Assembly: GCA_050733935.1 (NCBI GenBank)
Contig: JBOHUC010000016.1
Span: 6,088 to 70,087 of the forward strand
From: Candidatus Eiseniibacteriota bacterium
Lineage (GTDB): Bacteria > Eisenbacteria > RBG-16-71-46 > DASYSL01
Length of the DNA: 64,000 nucleotides
Reading direction: 5' to 3'
The notes under the pieces were generated by a model. That model saw only the letters and a list, made by a program, of their open reading frames with translations. It made no database searches and was not told the DNA's origin. Below are positions 47,225 through 56,503 of this stretch, piece after piece (position 1 is the stretch's first letter; each line of letters starts with the position of its first letter). A program made the position numbers and the translations under genes.

Positions 47225-49221
47225 GGGGTCCCCTTGAGCACAACGCCCGAGAGAAGGACGATCACGCCGAGCACGAGGAAGAAGGCATAGGTGCCCACGT
47301 AGCCGCTCTGGAACAGGCGGAGCACGGCTCCCGTGCCGGCCACGAGCGCTCCCAGGCCGCCGACGATGCCGTCGATCACGAGCGTGTCCCAGATCCGCCA
47401 CAGGAATTGCGAGAACGCCATCGTCGGCCGGACGAACAGGAAGTCGTAGATCTCGTCGATGTACCACTTGTGATAGAGCACGTTGTACAGGCCGCGTGTG
47501 CGCTCCGCGAGGCGTGCCGGAAGGCCCGGGCTCCGCAAATAGAAGACGTACGCGAGTCCGATCCCGGCGAGCGCGACAAGCACCGAGACGATCATGAGCG
47601 TGGCCTCGAGCGCGGGATCGTGGTGCGCAGCCTGCGCGGCCTGCGTCACGTGCCCCTGCACTGCCTCCGCCGCATGCCCGGCTCCCGCAGCATGCCCGGC
47701 TCCCGCCGCGTGCCCGGCGCTCTCTCCGCCCCCGACGACCGGCTCGAGCCAGTCCTTGATCCGGTTCATGCCCGGGATCATCGGGATTCCGACCCAGCCC
47801 CCGATCACTGAGAGCACGGCGAGGATCATGAGCGGAACGGTCATGACCCGTGGCGACTCGTGAACGTGCGCGCGCGCCTCGGGCGTCAGTCGCTCACGTC
47901 CGTAGAACGTGAGGAAGAGGAGCCGGAACATGTAGAACGCGGTCATGAACGCGGTCACGGTCGCGACCACCCAGAGCACGAGATTCCCGGAGGTGAACGT
48001 CTCGAACAGGATTTCGTCCTTCGAGAAGAACCCGGCGAACGGAGGAATGCCCGCGATTGCGATGCAGGCGATCAGCATCGTCACGTGCGTCACCGGGAGG
48101 TGCTTCCTGAGACCTCCCATGTGCCGCATGTCCTGCTCGTCGTGGAGCGCGTGGATGACCGATCCGGCCCCGAGGAAGAGGAGTGCTTTGAAGAACGCGT
48201 GCGTCATCAAATGGAAGATGCCCGCGGCCGATGCCCCCACCCCGCACGCGAGGAACATGTAGCCGAGCTGGCTCACCGTCGAATACGCGAGCACGCGCTT
48301 GATGTCGTTCTGCACGAGGCCGATCGATGCGGCGAAGATCGCGGTCGCCGCTCCGATCACAGCGACGACCGTGAGCGCGATCGGGGCGAGCTCGTAGAGC
48401 ACATGGCAACGGGCGACCATGTACACGCCAGCAGTGACCATGGTCGCGGCATGGATGAGCGCCGACACGGGAGTGGGGCCTTCCATCGCATCGGGGAGCC
48501 ACACGTAGAGCGGGATCTGCGCAGACTTGCCGGTCGCCCCGACGAAGAGGAGAAGCCCGATCGCCGTCGCGACGGCCCCGCCCATGGGCAGGAGGTGCGG
48601 GGCGGCGGCGAACACCTTCGTGTAGTCGAGCGTGCCGCACGACCACCAGATCAGGAACATCCCGAGCAGGAATCCGAAGTCGCCGATCCGGTTGACGATG
48701 AACGCTTTCTTCCCGGCTTCGACCGCCGACGGCTTGAACGCCCAGAAGCCGATCAACAAGTACGAGCAGAGCCCCACGCCCTCCCAGCCCACGAACATGA
48801 CGAGGAAGTTGGCCCCCAGGACGAGCGTGAGCATCGAGAACGTGAACAGGTTCAAGTACAGGAAGAAACGCTTGAACCCGTCGTCGTGCCCCATGTAGCC
48901 GAGCGAATAGACGTGGATCAGGAAGCCCACGCCCGTGACGACGAGCGTCATGAGCGAGGACAGAGGATCGAGCAGGAACGCGACGTCCGCGCGGAACGAG
49001 CCCACGGCGATCCAGGTCCAGACCGTCTGGACGATCGTCCGCTCCTCGGCCGGTCGCCCGAGGAGGGCGAAGAAGCACGAGAGCGCCACCAGGAAGGCCA
49101 CGCCGACGACGCCGCACGAGACGATCCCCACGGTCTGCCGGGGCAGGCGGCGTCCGAGCGCCAGGTTCAAGAGGAACCCGGCGAGCGGCAGCGCGGGAAT
49201 GAGCCAGAGCTGCTCGAGCAT
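47221..49221 (-). CDS. nuoL: NADH-quinone oxidoreductase subunit L
   Basis: ND5 family, 666 aa, with a long C-terminal helix region. Confidence 0.85.
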   Translation of the reverse strand: MLEQLWLIPALPLAGFLLNLALGRRLPRQTVGIVSCGVVGVAFLVALSCFFALLGRPAEERTIVQTVWTWIAVGSFRADVAFLLDPLSSLMTLVVTGVGFLIHVYSLGYMGHDDGFKRFFLYLNLFTFSMLTLVLGANFLVMFVGWEGVGLCSYLLIGFWAFKPSAVEAGKKAFIVNRIGDFGFLLGMFLIWWSCGTLDYTKVFAAAPHLLPMGGAVATAIGLLLFVGATGKSAQIPLYVWLPDAMEGPTPVSALIHAATMVTAGVYMVARCHVLYELAPIALTVVAVIGAATAIFAASIGLVQNDIKRVLAYSTVSQLGYMFLACGVGASAAGIFHLMTHAFFKALLFLGAGSVIHALHDEQDMRHMGGLRKHLPVTHVTMLIACIAIAGIPPFAGFFSKDEILFETFTSGNLVLWVVATVTAFMTAFYMFRLLFLTFYGRERLTPEARAHVHESPRVMTVPLMILAVLSVIGGWVGIPMIPGMNRIKDWLEPVVGGGESAGHAAGAGHAAGAGHAAEAVQGHVTQAAQAAHHDPALEATLMIVSVLVALAGIGLAYVFYLRSPGLPARLAERTRGLYNVLYHKWYIDEIYDFLFVRPTMAFSQFLWRIWDTLVIDGIVGGLGALVAGTGAVLRLFQSGYVGTYAFFLVLGVIVLLSGVVLKGTP

Positions 49222-49229
49222 GGCCTCGC

Positions 49230-49547
49230 CTATCCCTTGAGCAGGTTCACTTCGTCCACGTACACGGTCTCGCGCGCGCGGAACACGTTGATGATGATCG
49301 CAAGCCCGACCGCGACCTCAGCGGCCGCCACGACCATCACGAAGAACACGAACACCTGGCCGTCCAGGTTGTCGAGCGCCCGCGCGAACGCCACGAGCGT
49401 GAGATTCGCGGCGTTGAGCATCAACTCGATGCACATGAAGATGACGAGCGCGTTTCGCCGAACGAGCACTCCGGTCACGCCGATCACGAACAGTGCCGCA
49501 GCGAACACGAGGTACCAGCTCGTCGGGACGACTTCGGGCAGGCTCAC
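49230..49547 (-). CDS. nuoK: NADH-quinone oxidoreductase subunit K
   Basis: GTG start with [35 protein letters not shown]. 105 aa. Confidence 0.8.
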   Translation of the reverse strand: MSLPEVVPTSWYLVFAAALFVIGVTGVLVRRNALVIFMCIELMLNAANLTLVAFARALDNLDGQVFVFFVMVVAAAEVAVGLAIIINVFRARETVYVDEVNLLKG

Positions 49548-50191
49548 GATTGCCCCTCCTGCGCTTCGGGCGAGATGGGGCCCGTGTGGACCGCTTCCCC
49601 GGAGACGGGCGCCGGGCGCGCTCCGGACGTCGGAGCCGCGGTCGTGCGGGGTGACGCGGGCGCGGGACGCGAGGCCACGAGATCGCTCTTCCGCTTCGCG
49701 AGCACGACCGCTCCGATGATGCCGACGAGCAGGATGAGAGAGGTCACTTCGAACGGGAACAGATAGTCCGTGTAGAGGCGAAGCCCGATCGCTTCCGTGT
49801 TCCCGACGCGGGCGACCACGTCGGCCGTGTCCCGTCCCGAGGGGCCGAGCGCCCACGGTTTCCGGATCATCGCGACGAACAGCGCGGCGAGCGCGATGCC
49901 GAATCCCCATCCCAGAACCCGTCGGGCCGCGTGATGGAGCCCGTCGTCGATGTCGTGGCGCAGATTGAGCAGCATGATCACGAAGATGAACAGCACCATG
50001 ATGGCGCCGGCATAGACGACGACCTGCACCGCGGCAATGAACGGCGCATTGAGGAGCACGTACATGCCACCCAGACTCACGAACGTGAGCACGAGATAGA
50101 GCGCCGACACGACCGGGTTCCGCTGGATGACGACCATGAGGGCCGCGACGAGCCCGATCACGGCGAAGGCGACGAAGAAATACGGCGTCAC
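49544..50191 (-). CDS. nuoJ: NADH-quinone oxidoreductase subunit J
   Basis: GTG overlaps the nuoH stop. ND6-like TM core plus a P/A/S-rich tail. Confidence 0.8.
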   Translation of the reverse strand: MTPYFFVAFAVIGLVAALMVVIQRNPVVSALYLVLTFVSLGGMYVLLNAPFIAAVQVVVYAGAIMVLFIFVIMLLNLRHDIDDGLHHAARRVLGWGFGIALAALFVAMIRKPWALGPSGRDTADVVARVGNTEAIGLRLYTDYLFPFEVTSLILLVGIIGAVVLAKRKSDLVASRPAPASPRTTAAPTSGARPAPVSGEAVHTGPISPEAQEGQS

Positions 50192-51198
50192 CGGTTCATC
50201 CACAGGTAGCGCACGAGGCCCGTCGCCATGACGTTCGCGAGCGCGATCGGGAGCAGCACCTTCCAGCCGAACGCCATGAGCTGGTCGTAACGCAGGCGCG
50301 GCCAGGTCCAGCGCACCCACACGAAGAAGAAGCACAGGAACGTCCACTTGAGCGTGAACCAAAGCACGCCCCAGAGCGCCGCCGGGAGGAACGGCGGGAC
50401 GGGGCCGTGCCAGCCGCCCAGGAACAGCGTCGTGCAGATGCCCGCGATCGCCATCATGTTCATGTACTCGGCCATGTAGAAGATCGCGAACTTCATCGAC
50501 GAGTACTCGAGGTGATATCCGGCCACGATCTCGGACTCCGCCTCCGCGAGATCGAACGGCGAGCGGTTGCACTCCGCGAGCATCGTGACCAGGAAGATGA
50601 GAAACGCGATCGGCTGGGAGAGCGCGAACCAGACCTTCGACTGCGCCTCGACGATCGCCACCGTCGAGAGCGATCCGGTCGCGAGGACGACCGACACCAC
50701 CGCGAGCCCCATCCCGAGCTCGTAACTGATCATCTGGGCGGCCGCGCGCAGACCGCCAAGCAGGCTGTACTTGTTGTTCGACGACCACCCCGCGAGCACG
50801 ACCGTGTAAACGCTGAGCGAGGACATGGCGAGGAAGAGGAGGATCCCGATGTTCACGTCGCTGATGATCGCGTTCGGCGCGACGGGGACGATCGCGACCG
50901 AGACGAACGCGGGCACGAACGCGATGAACGGCGCGAGGAGGTACACCGCGTGGTGCGCCTCCTGCGCCATCACGTCTTCCTTGAAGAAGAGCTTGATCAC
51001 ATCGGCGAGCGGCTGGAGGAGCCCGTACGGCCCCACGCGGTTCGGACCGGGACGGAATTGAATGTGGGCCGCCACCTTGCGCTCGACCCACGTGTAGAAC
51101 GGCAGGATCCCGAGGAACACGCCCGGAACGAGCAGGATACCGACCGCCGTCCACAGCCAGCGCTGGGTCTCCGGGCTCATTCCTTGAAGGAAGGACAT
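50188..51198 (-). CDS. nuoH: NADH-quinone oxidoreductase subunit H
   Basis: ND1 family, 336 aa. Confidence 0.85.
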   Translation of the reverse strand: MSFLQGMSPETQRWLWTAVGILLVPGVFLGILPFYTWVERKVAAHIQFRPGPNRVGPYGLLQPLADVIKLFFKEDVMAQEAHHAVYLLAPFIAFVPAFVSVAIVPVAPNAIISDVNIGILLFLAMSSLSVYTVVLAGWSSNNKYSLLGGLRAAAQMISYELGMGLAVVSVVLATGSLSTVAIVEAQSKVWFALSQPIAFLIFLVTMLAECNRSPFDLAEAESEIVAGYHLEYSSMKFAIFYMAEYMNMMAIAGICTTLFLGGWHGPVPPFLPAALWGVLWFTLKWTFLCFFFVWVRWTWPRLRYDQLMAFGWKVLLPIALANVMATGLVRYLWMNR

Positions 51199-51221
51199 CC
51201 GTGTCGGGGCTCGAGCGGCGG

Positions 51222-52553
51222 TCAGACCGCGGCCGTGGCCCGCTCCTCAAACGCCCGCAGCTCGTCCCGCCTGCGGTTCGCGATGCAGCGCTTCTCGCGC
51301 ACGTGGAACTCGAACTCGGGACGGAAGCGGTCGATCACGGACATGACCGGCATGGCCGCGGCGTCCCCGAGCGCGCAGAAGGACTTCCCGAGGATCATGT
51401 CGCACATGCGGTAGAGATGATCGATCTGCTCCATCCGCGCCTCGCCGGCCTCGAACTGGAGCAGGATGCTCTCCATCCAGTGCGTTCCCTCACGGCACGG
51501 CGTGCACTTGCCGCACGACTCGTGGCGGTAGAAGCGCGTGATGTTGAGCGCGAGATCGACCATGCACGTCTGCTCGTCGATGAACACACAACCGCCCGAG
51601 CCGAGGAGCGTCCCCGCGGCCGCGCACGACTCGAAGTCGAGGCCGACGTCCAAGTGCTCGGTCGTGAGCATCGGGACGGACGAGCCGCCGGGGATGATCG
51701 CCTTGAGCTTCATTCCGGACTTCATGCCGCCCGCGTACTCTTCGAGCAGCGTGCGGATCGGAAGGCCCATCGGAATCTCGTAATTCGCGGGACGGTTGAC
51801 CGGTCCCGACACCGACATGACCTTCGTGCCGGGACTCTTCTCGGTCCCCCACGCGCGGAACCACTCGGCGCCGCGAAGCAGGATGTCGGGCACGTTCATG
51901 ATCGTCTCGACGTTGTTGACGACCGTCGGACACGCGTACAGGCCTTCGACCGCGGGGAACGGCGGCTTGAGACGTGGATTCCCGCGCTTCCCCTCGAGCG
52001 AGTTCAGGAGGGCCGTCTCCTCGCCGCAAATGTAGGCGCCCGCCCCCATGTGCACGTGCGCGTCGAGATCGAATCCCGAGCCCAGGATGTTCTTCCCCAG
52101 GTAGCCGGCTGCGCGCGCCTCCTCGAGCGCCTTCTGGAGGATCGGCTCGAGGAACATGAACTCACCGCGCACGTAGAGGTAGCAGGCGTGCGCGTTGATC
52201 GCGTAGCTCGTGAGGAGGATGCCCTCGAGGAGCTGATGCGGATTCTTGAGCATCAGCTCGTGATCCTTGAACGTCCCCGGCTCCGACTCGTCGGCGTTGA
52301 TGACGAGATACTTGGGCTTCGGCGAGTCCTTGGGGACGAACGACCACTTCTGTCCGGTCGGGAAGCCGGCGCCGCCACGACCCCGCAAACCCGAGGCCTT
52401 GACCGCGTCGATGACTGCGGCCGGCGCCATCTTCTCGCCCACGACTTTCTTCGCGGCCTGATAGCCGTCGTAGTGCGTGCGGTAGCCCTCGAGGCCGGTG
52501 AGCCCCGGGGCGTCGATCGCACGGAACAGGTTCTTGTCCCTCTTCAGCGGCAT
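51222..52553 (-). CDS. nuoF: NADH-quinone oxidoreductase subunit F (NADH-binding, FMN, 4Fe-4S)
   Basis: GRGGAGFPTG FMN/NADH motif, SCGKCTPCREG cluster motif. Confidence 0.85.
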   Translation of the reverse strand: MPLKRDKNLFRAIDAPGLTGLEGYRTHYDGYQAAKKVVGEKMAPAAVIDAVKASGLRGRGGAGFPTGQKWSFVPKDSPKPKYLVINADESEPGTFKDHELMLKNPHQLLEGILLTSYAINAHACYLYVRGEFMFLEPILQKALEEARAAGYLGKNILGSGFDLDAHVHMGAGAYICGEETALLNSLEGKRGNPRLKPPFPAVEGLYACPTVVNNVETIMNVPDILLRGAEWFRAWGTEKSPGTKVMSVSGPVNRPANYEIPMGLPIRTLLEEYAGGMKSGMKLKAIIPGGSSVPMLTTEHLDVGLDFESCAAAGTLLGSGGCVFIDEQTCMVDLALNITRFYRHESCGKCTPCREGTHWMESILLQFEAGEARMEQIDHLYRMCDMILGKSFCALGDAAAMPVMSVIDRFRPEFEFHVREKRCIANRRRDELRAFEERATAAV

Positions 52554-52575
52554 GCGCGTCGTCCCTGGAATGGCG

Positions 52576-53064
52576 TCACGAGAGGGAATCGAGGATCCGG
52601 TCCACTTCGGACTCGGTGAGGTTGTAGTGGTAGCGCTCCTCGTTGATCTGGAGCATCGGGGCCATGCCGCACGCGGCCAGGCACTCGACTTTCTTCAGGG
52701 TGAACTTCCCGTCCTTCGTCGTCTCGCCGGCTCCGATCCCGAGCTTCTTCTCGAGGTGCTTGACGATTCGCTCCGCGCCCATGAGCGAGCAGGAGAGCGT
52801 GCAGCACACCTGGACGATGTGCCGGCCCGTCGGCGCCAGGTTGTACATCGTGTAGAAACTCGCGACCGCGGCGACGTCCGCCTCGGAGACCTCGAGCGAC
52901 TTCGCGACCAGCTCGATCGCCTCCTCGGAAATGAATCCGAAGCGCTTCTGCGCGAGCCAGAGGGCAGGCATGATCGCGGAATCGCGCTGATCAGACGGGT
53001 AGCGCGCGAGATACTCCTTGATCCGCGCCTGGTCGGCCGCGTCGAACGCAAGCGGCTTCCCCAC
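52576..53064 (-). CDS. nuoE: NADH-quinone oxidoreductase subunit E (2Fe-2S)
   Basis: CCTLSC...C(x3)C cluster motifs. Start ambiguous: GTG at 53064, or GTG at about 53100 close to the nuoA stop. Confidence 0.75.
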   Translation of the reverse strand: MGKPLAFDAADQARIKEYLARYPSDQRDSAIMPALWLAQKRFGFISEEAIELVAKSLEVSEADVAAVASFYTMYNLAPTGRHIVQVCCTLSCSLMGAERIVKHLEKKLGIGAGETTKDGKFTLKKVECLAACGMAPMLQINEERYHYNLTESEVDRILDSLS

Positions 53065-53096
53065 CCGAACGAGGTCGAGCCCGACCTTCGCGGTTT

Positions 53097-53456
53097 TCAA
53101 TCCCACTCGAGCGCCCCCTTCTTCCACACGTAGACGTAGCCGACGAAGAGAATCGCGACGAACAGGAACATCTCGACCAGCGCGAGCAGGCCGAGCTTGT
53201 CGAACGCGACCGCCCACGGATAGAGAAAGACGATCTCGATGTCGAACAGGATGAAGAGGACGCCGATCAGGTAGAACTTGACCGAGAACCGCTCGCGCGC
53301 GCTCCCGAGCGGCAGCACGCCGCACTCGTAGGGGGAGAGGTCCACCGCCGTCTTCCGCGGCCGGCCGAGGAACCTCGAGAGCACGATGAGCGCCGCCGAA
53401 AGTCCCAGAGCGAGCAGGGTCAGGATCGCAATCGGCAGGTAGGACGACAGATCCAA
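53097..53456 (-). CDS. nuoA: NADH-quinone oxidoreductase subunit A
   Basis: ND3 family, 119 aa, [12 protein letters not shown]...[12 protein letters not shown]. Confidence 0.8.
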   Translation of the reverse strand: MDLSSYLPIAILTLLALGLSAALIVLSRFLGRPRKTAVDLSPYECGVLPLGSARERFSVKFYLIGVLFILFDIEIVFLYPWAVAFDKLGLLALVEMFLFVAILFVGYVYVWKKGALEWD

Positions 53457-53671
53457 GCGATTCTCCGGTCCGATGGTCGGCGCGCCCGAGGACCGGGCCG
53501 CACCTCGCGAGAAAGGTGGGATTCCGAGCGCGAAATCTAGCGGGCAAGCGGGGTTAGGTCAAGCTTCTGCCCGCTTGTGCGGACCGAGCCTCCGGTCGTA
53601 AACTCAGCGCCCATTCATTGGCAGGCCCTTCGGGGTCCATGGCACTTTCCTTTTTTTCCGGAGATCCCCCC

Positions 53672-54388
53672 ATGAGATCGCTGCGTTTCACGCTGGCCGC
53701 CGCACTCGTGTTCCTGGCTCTTCCTACGATCGCTTCCGCACAGACCTCACCTTGTTGCGTCGTCCCGGACAACGGGTCGGGCACGGCCAATCATCCACCG
53801 AATTGCGTGACCGGCTACCAGGGGCCGATGGAGATCGTCGACGGGCTCATGCCGGTCGGCACGGTCCAGATTGCCGCGAAGCTCCACTCGTTCACGGGGC
53901 TCGTTCAGGTTCCGGGCGGATCGCTCGGCGGCATGAAGGAGAACTGGAACGCGACACTCGACATGGCGATGGCCGGAACGGGTGGCTTTGCCGCCTACAA
54001 CCGGTTCCTTCAGATTCCGGTGGTCGGCGAGTCGCACTCCGCGCCGCGCGTTCCGTTCGCGATCACGCAGCCGTTCGCAACGACGCTCTGGACGCTCCAG
54101 GGCCAGATCACGCTCGACCCCGACTTCGACCTGCTGCGCGTCACGGCGGGCGACGGGTTCGGCATGCCGAGCCCCGGGAACACGACGTTCATCTCGAGCG
54201 GCGGAGGATGGGCGGTCGACAGCTTCTTCGACATCACGTACCGGATCGACTTCGTCGGAAACCCGGCCGGTCCCTTCGCCGGACGGTCGGGCAGCACGAC
54301 CCGCACGGCCCGGTTCGACATGTGCCACGAGTTCCCGACGCCGGCGGCTCCCGCGAGCTGGGGTGCCGTGAAGGCGTTCTATCGCTAG
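53672..54388 (+). CDS. Secreted protein with an SFFDITYRIDF-type domain and the conserved C-terminal tail (tag family member D)
   Basis: GGAGA SD. Signal peptide MRSLRFTLAAALVFLALPTIASA. The domain is homologous to the three repeats in the 5417-8485 protein. C-terminus PTPAAPASWGAVKAFYR. Confidence 0.65.
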   Translation: MRSLRFTLAAALVFLALPTIASAQTSPCCVVPDNGSGTANHPPNCVTGYQGPMEIVDGLMPVGTVQIAAKLHSFTGLVQVPGGSLGGMKENWNATLDMAMAGTGGFAAYNRFLQIPVVGESHSAPRVPFAITQPFATTLWTLQGQITLDPDFDLLRVTAGDGFGMPSPGNTTFISSGGGWAVDSFFDITYRIDFVGNPAGPFAGRSGSTTRTARFDMCHEFPTPAAPASWGAVKAFYR

Positions 54389-54444
54389 GTTCTATCGCTG
54401 ATGCGCGTTCCGGCGGCCTCCGTGCGCAGTCGCCGGAAACAGAA

Positions 54445-54476
54445 GGAGCCGGGTCCTTAGGGCCCGGCTCCCTTTC
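54445..54476. terminator. Bidirectional intrinsic terminator between convergent genes
   Basis: GGAGCCGGG-loop-CCCGGCTCC perfect 9-bp stem followed by CTTTC. Lies between the tagged protein (+) and etfA (-). Confidence 0.5.
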
Positions 54477-54504
54477 ATTGCACTCCGGCGTGGTGCCGCG
54501 TGTC

Positions 54505-55485
54505 TCAATGGAGCTTCTTGATGGCCTCCGTGAGCGCGGGCACGATCTCGAACGCGTCCCCGACGATGCCGTAGTTCGCGATCTTGAAGATGGGCGCATC
54601 CGCGTCCTTGTTGATCGCGACGATGCAGCGTGCGGACGACATGCCGGCCAGGTGCTGGATCGCGCCCGAGATCCCGATCGCGACGTAGAGCTTGGGGGAA
54701 ACGGTCTTTCCCGTCTGTCCGACCTGCTCCGAGTGAGGCCGCCATCCGGCGTCCACGACCGCGCGCGAAGCGCCGACCGTGGCTCCGAGCGCCTTCGCGA
54801 GATCCTCGATCAAATGGAAGTTCTCGGGACCTTTGAGACCGCGTCCGCCCGAGACGATGATGTCGGCCTCCGTGAGATCCGCGGGACCCGAGGTCTGAGC
54901 GGACGTGCCTCCCACGTTCGACTTCGCCTGCGAAACGTCGAATGCGAACTCGAGCGGCGTGACCGGGGCGGTCGCACCCGAACGATGCTCGACGAGCGGG
55001 AACACCTTGGGCCTCAAACTCGCGAGCGCGGGCTTCCCCGGGAACGCGACGCGCTGAACGGCCTTTCCCGCATAGACGGGACGGGTCGCGACCAGGCGGC
55101 CGCCTTCGAGATCGAGGTGCGTGCAATCGGTCGCAAGCCCGACACCGAGGAGTGCTGCGACGCGCGGGGCCAGATCCTTCCCCATGGCACTCGCCGAAAA
55201 GAGAACCGCGCCGGCATCGCTCTTCTTCGCCGCCGCGGCGACGGCCACGGCGTAGCCCTCGGGCTGATACTTCGCGAACGACGCATCCGACGCAAACCAC
55301 ACCTGGTCGGCTCCGAACGCCCCAGCCTCGGCGGCCGGGCCTTCGCTGCCGGGCGCGCCGACAAGGAGTGCGATCACATCCCCGCCCATTCCGGCGTCCG
55401 CGAGGCGACGCGCTTCGGAGACCGCCTCGTACGAAGTCCTTCGGATCTCGCCTTCACGCTGCTCAATGAACACGAGGATCGCCAT
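54505..55485 (-). CDS. etfA: Electron transfer flavoprotein alpha subunit
   Basis: Start [13 protein letters not shown] (ATGA overlap with the etfB stop). C-terminal FAD-binding signature. Confidence 0.8.
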   Translation of the reverse strand: MAILVFIEQREGEIRRTSYEAVSEARRLADAGMGGDVIALLVGAPGSEGPAAEAGAFGADQVWFASDASFAKYQPEGYAVAVAAAAKKSDAGAVLFSASAMGKDLAPRVAALLGVGLATDCTHLDLEGGRLVATRPVYAGKAVQRVAFPGKPALASLRPKVFPLVEHRSGATAPVTPLEFAFDVSQAKSNVGGTSAQTSGPADLTEADIIVSGGRGLKGPENFHLIEDLAKALGATVGASRAVVDAGWRPHSEQVGQTGKTVSPKLYVAIGISGAIQHLAGMSSARCIVAINKDADAPIFKIANYGIVGDAFEIVPALTEAIKKLH

Positions 55486-56243
55486 CAGATCACCTTCGCT
55501 TCTTCGCGCAGGAGTCGCACGAGCTCGGGCACCGCAGCCGCGCCTTCGCCGACGATCTTTCCGGCGCTGCGCTCCGCGGGGAGTGCGAGCGAAACGACCT
55601 CGAGCCCGGCGTCGCCCAGTGCCGCCGGGCGCTCCTCGATCGTCTTCTTCTTCGCGGCCATGATCCCCTTGAGCGACGGATAGCGCGGCTCGTTCAACCC
55701 CTTCTGACAGGCGACCACTGCGGGGAGCGCGAACGTCACGTCTTCGAGGCCCCCCTCGATCTCGCGCTGCGCTTTCGCGGCCGCGCCCGCGCCCGTGCCG
55801 CTCAGCTCGAGCTTCGTCACGACCGTGACACACGGAAGACCGAGCAGCACGCCGAGCATCGGTGCCACCTGCGCCTCGTCGTCATCCACCGCCTGCTTGC
55901 CGCACAGGACAAGGTCGTATCCCTTGTCCTTAAGCTCGGCCGCGAGCGCGCGCGCGACCTGGAGCGAGTCCGGCTCGCCCTGCGTTCCGAGAAGCACGGC
56001 GCTGTCGGCTCCCATCGCGAGCCCGTTCTTGATCGTGGCCTGGAACGAAGCGGGGCCGACCGTGACGAGCACGACGTCGCCCCCGTGCGCCTCCTTGAGC
56101 TTCAAGGCCTCTTCGATCGCGAACTCGTCGTAAGGGTTGATGACCATCGAGACCCCGGCGGGGTCCAGGTGTTTCCCGTCGGCCGCGATCTTCACGCGCG
56201 TGTCGGTCGCGGGCACGGGCTTCATGCAGACGGCGATCTTCAC
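55485..56243 (-). CDS. etfB: Electron transfer flavoprotein beta subunit
   Basis: MKIAVCMKPVPATDTRVKI typical EtfB N-terminus. Confidence 0.8.
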   Translation of the reverse strand: MKIAVCMKPVPATDTRVKIAADGKHLDPAGVSMVINPYDEFAIEEALKLKEAHGGDVVLVTVGPASFQATIKNGLAMGADSAVLLGTQGEPDSLQVARALAAELKDKGYDLVLCGKQAVDDDEAQVAPMLGVLLGLPCVTVVTKLELSGTGAGAAAKAQREIEGGLEDVTFALPAVVACQKGLNEPRYPSLKGIMAAKKKTIEERPAALGDAGLEVVSLALPAERSAGKIVGEGAAAVPELVRLLREEAKVI

Positions 56244-56503
56244 AGAGTGGTCCTTCCGGAGACGGTGGGTCGTTCCGCGGGGCCCTACGAAAGCTTTCTG
56301 TTGGGCTCACAAGGAATTCGGCGGCCCGGATGGGCCGCCGGTCGGGCCGTATCTTGGGCATGGCCGGGGGACCGGTCAAGCGGCAGGCAGGAGTCCTCCC
56401 AGAAAAGCTTGTGGCGGGCGGAGTTCTGGCTCCCTGCCCTGGCCGATCGAGCGACGGGCCGCCCTATCGCAGCGCGGGGTATCCGGGCTAGGATGCGCGC
56501 CCG

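Noticed and set aside
49544-53547. Long merged ORFs 49544-51250 and 52576-53547
   Set aside because: They fuse real nuoJ or nuoE coding sequence with out-of-frame readthrough across nuoH or nuoA. Split into the individual nuo genes using conserved N-termini and GTGA/ATGA start-stop overlaps.
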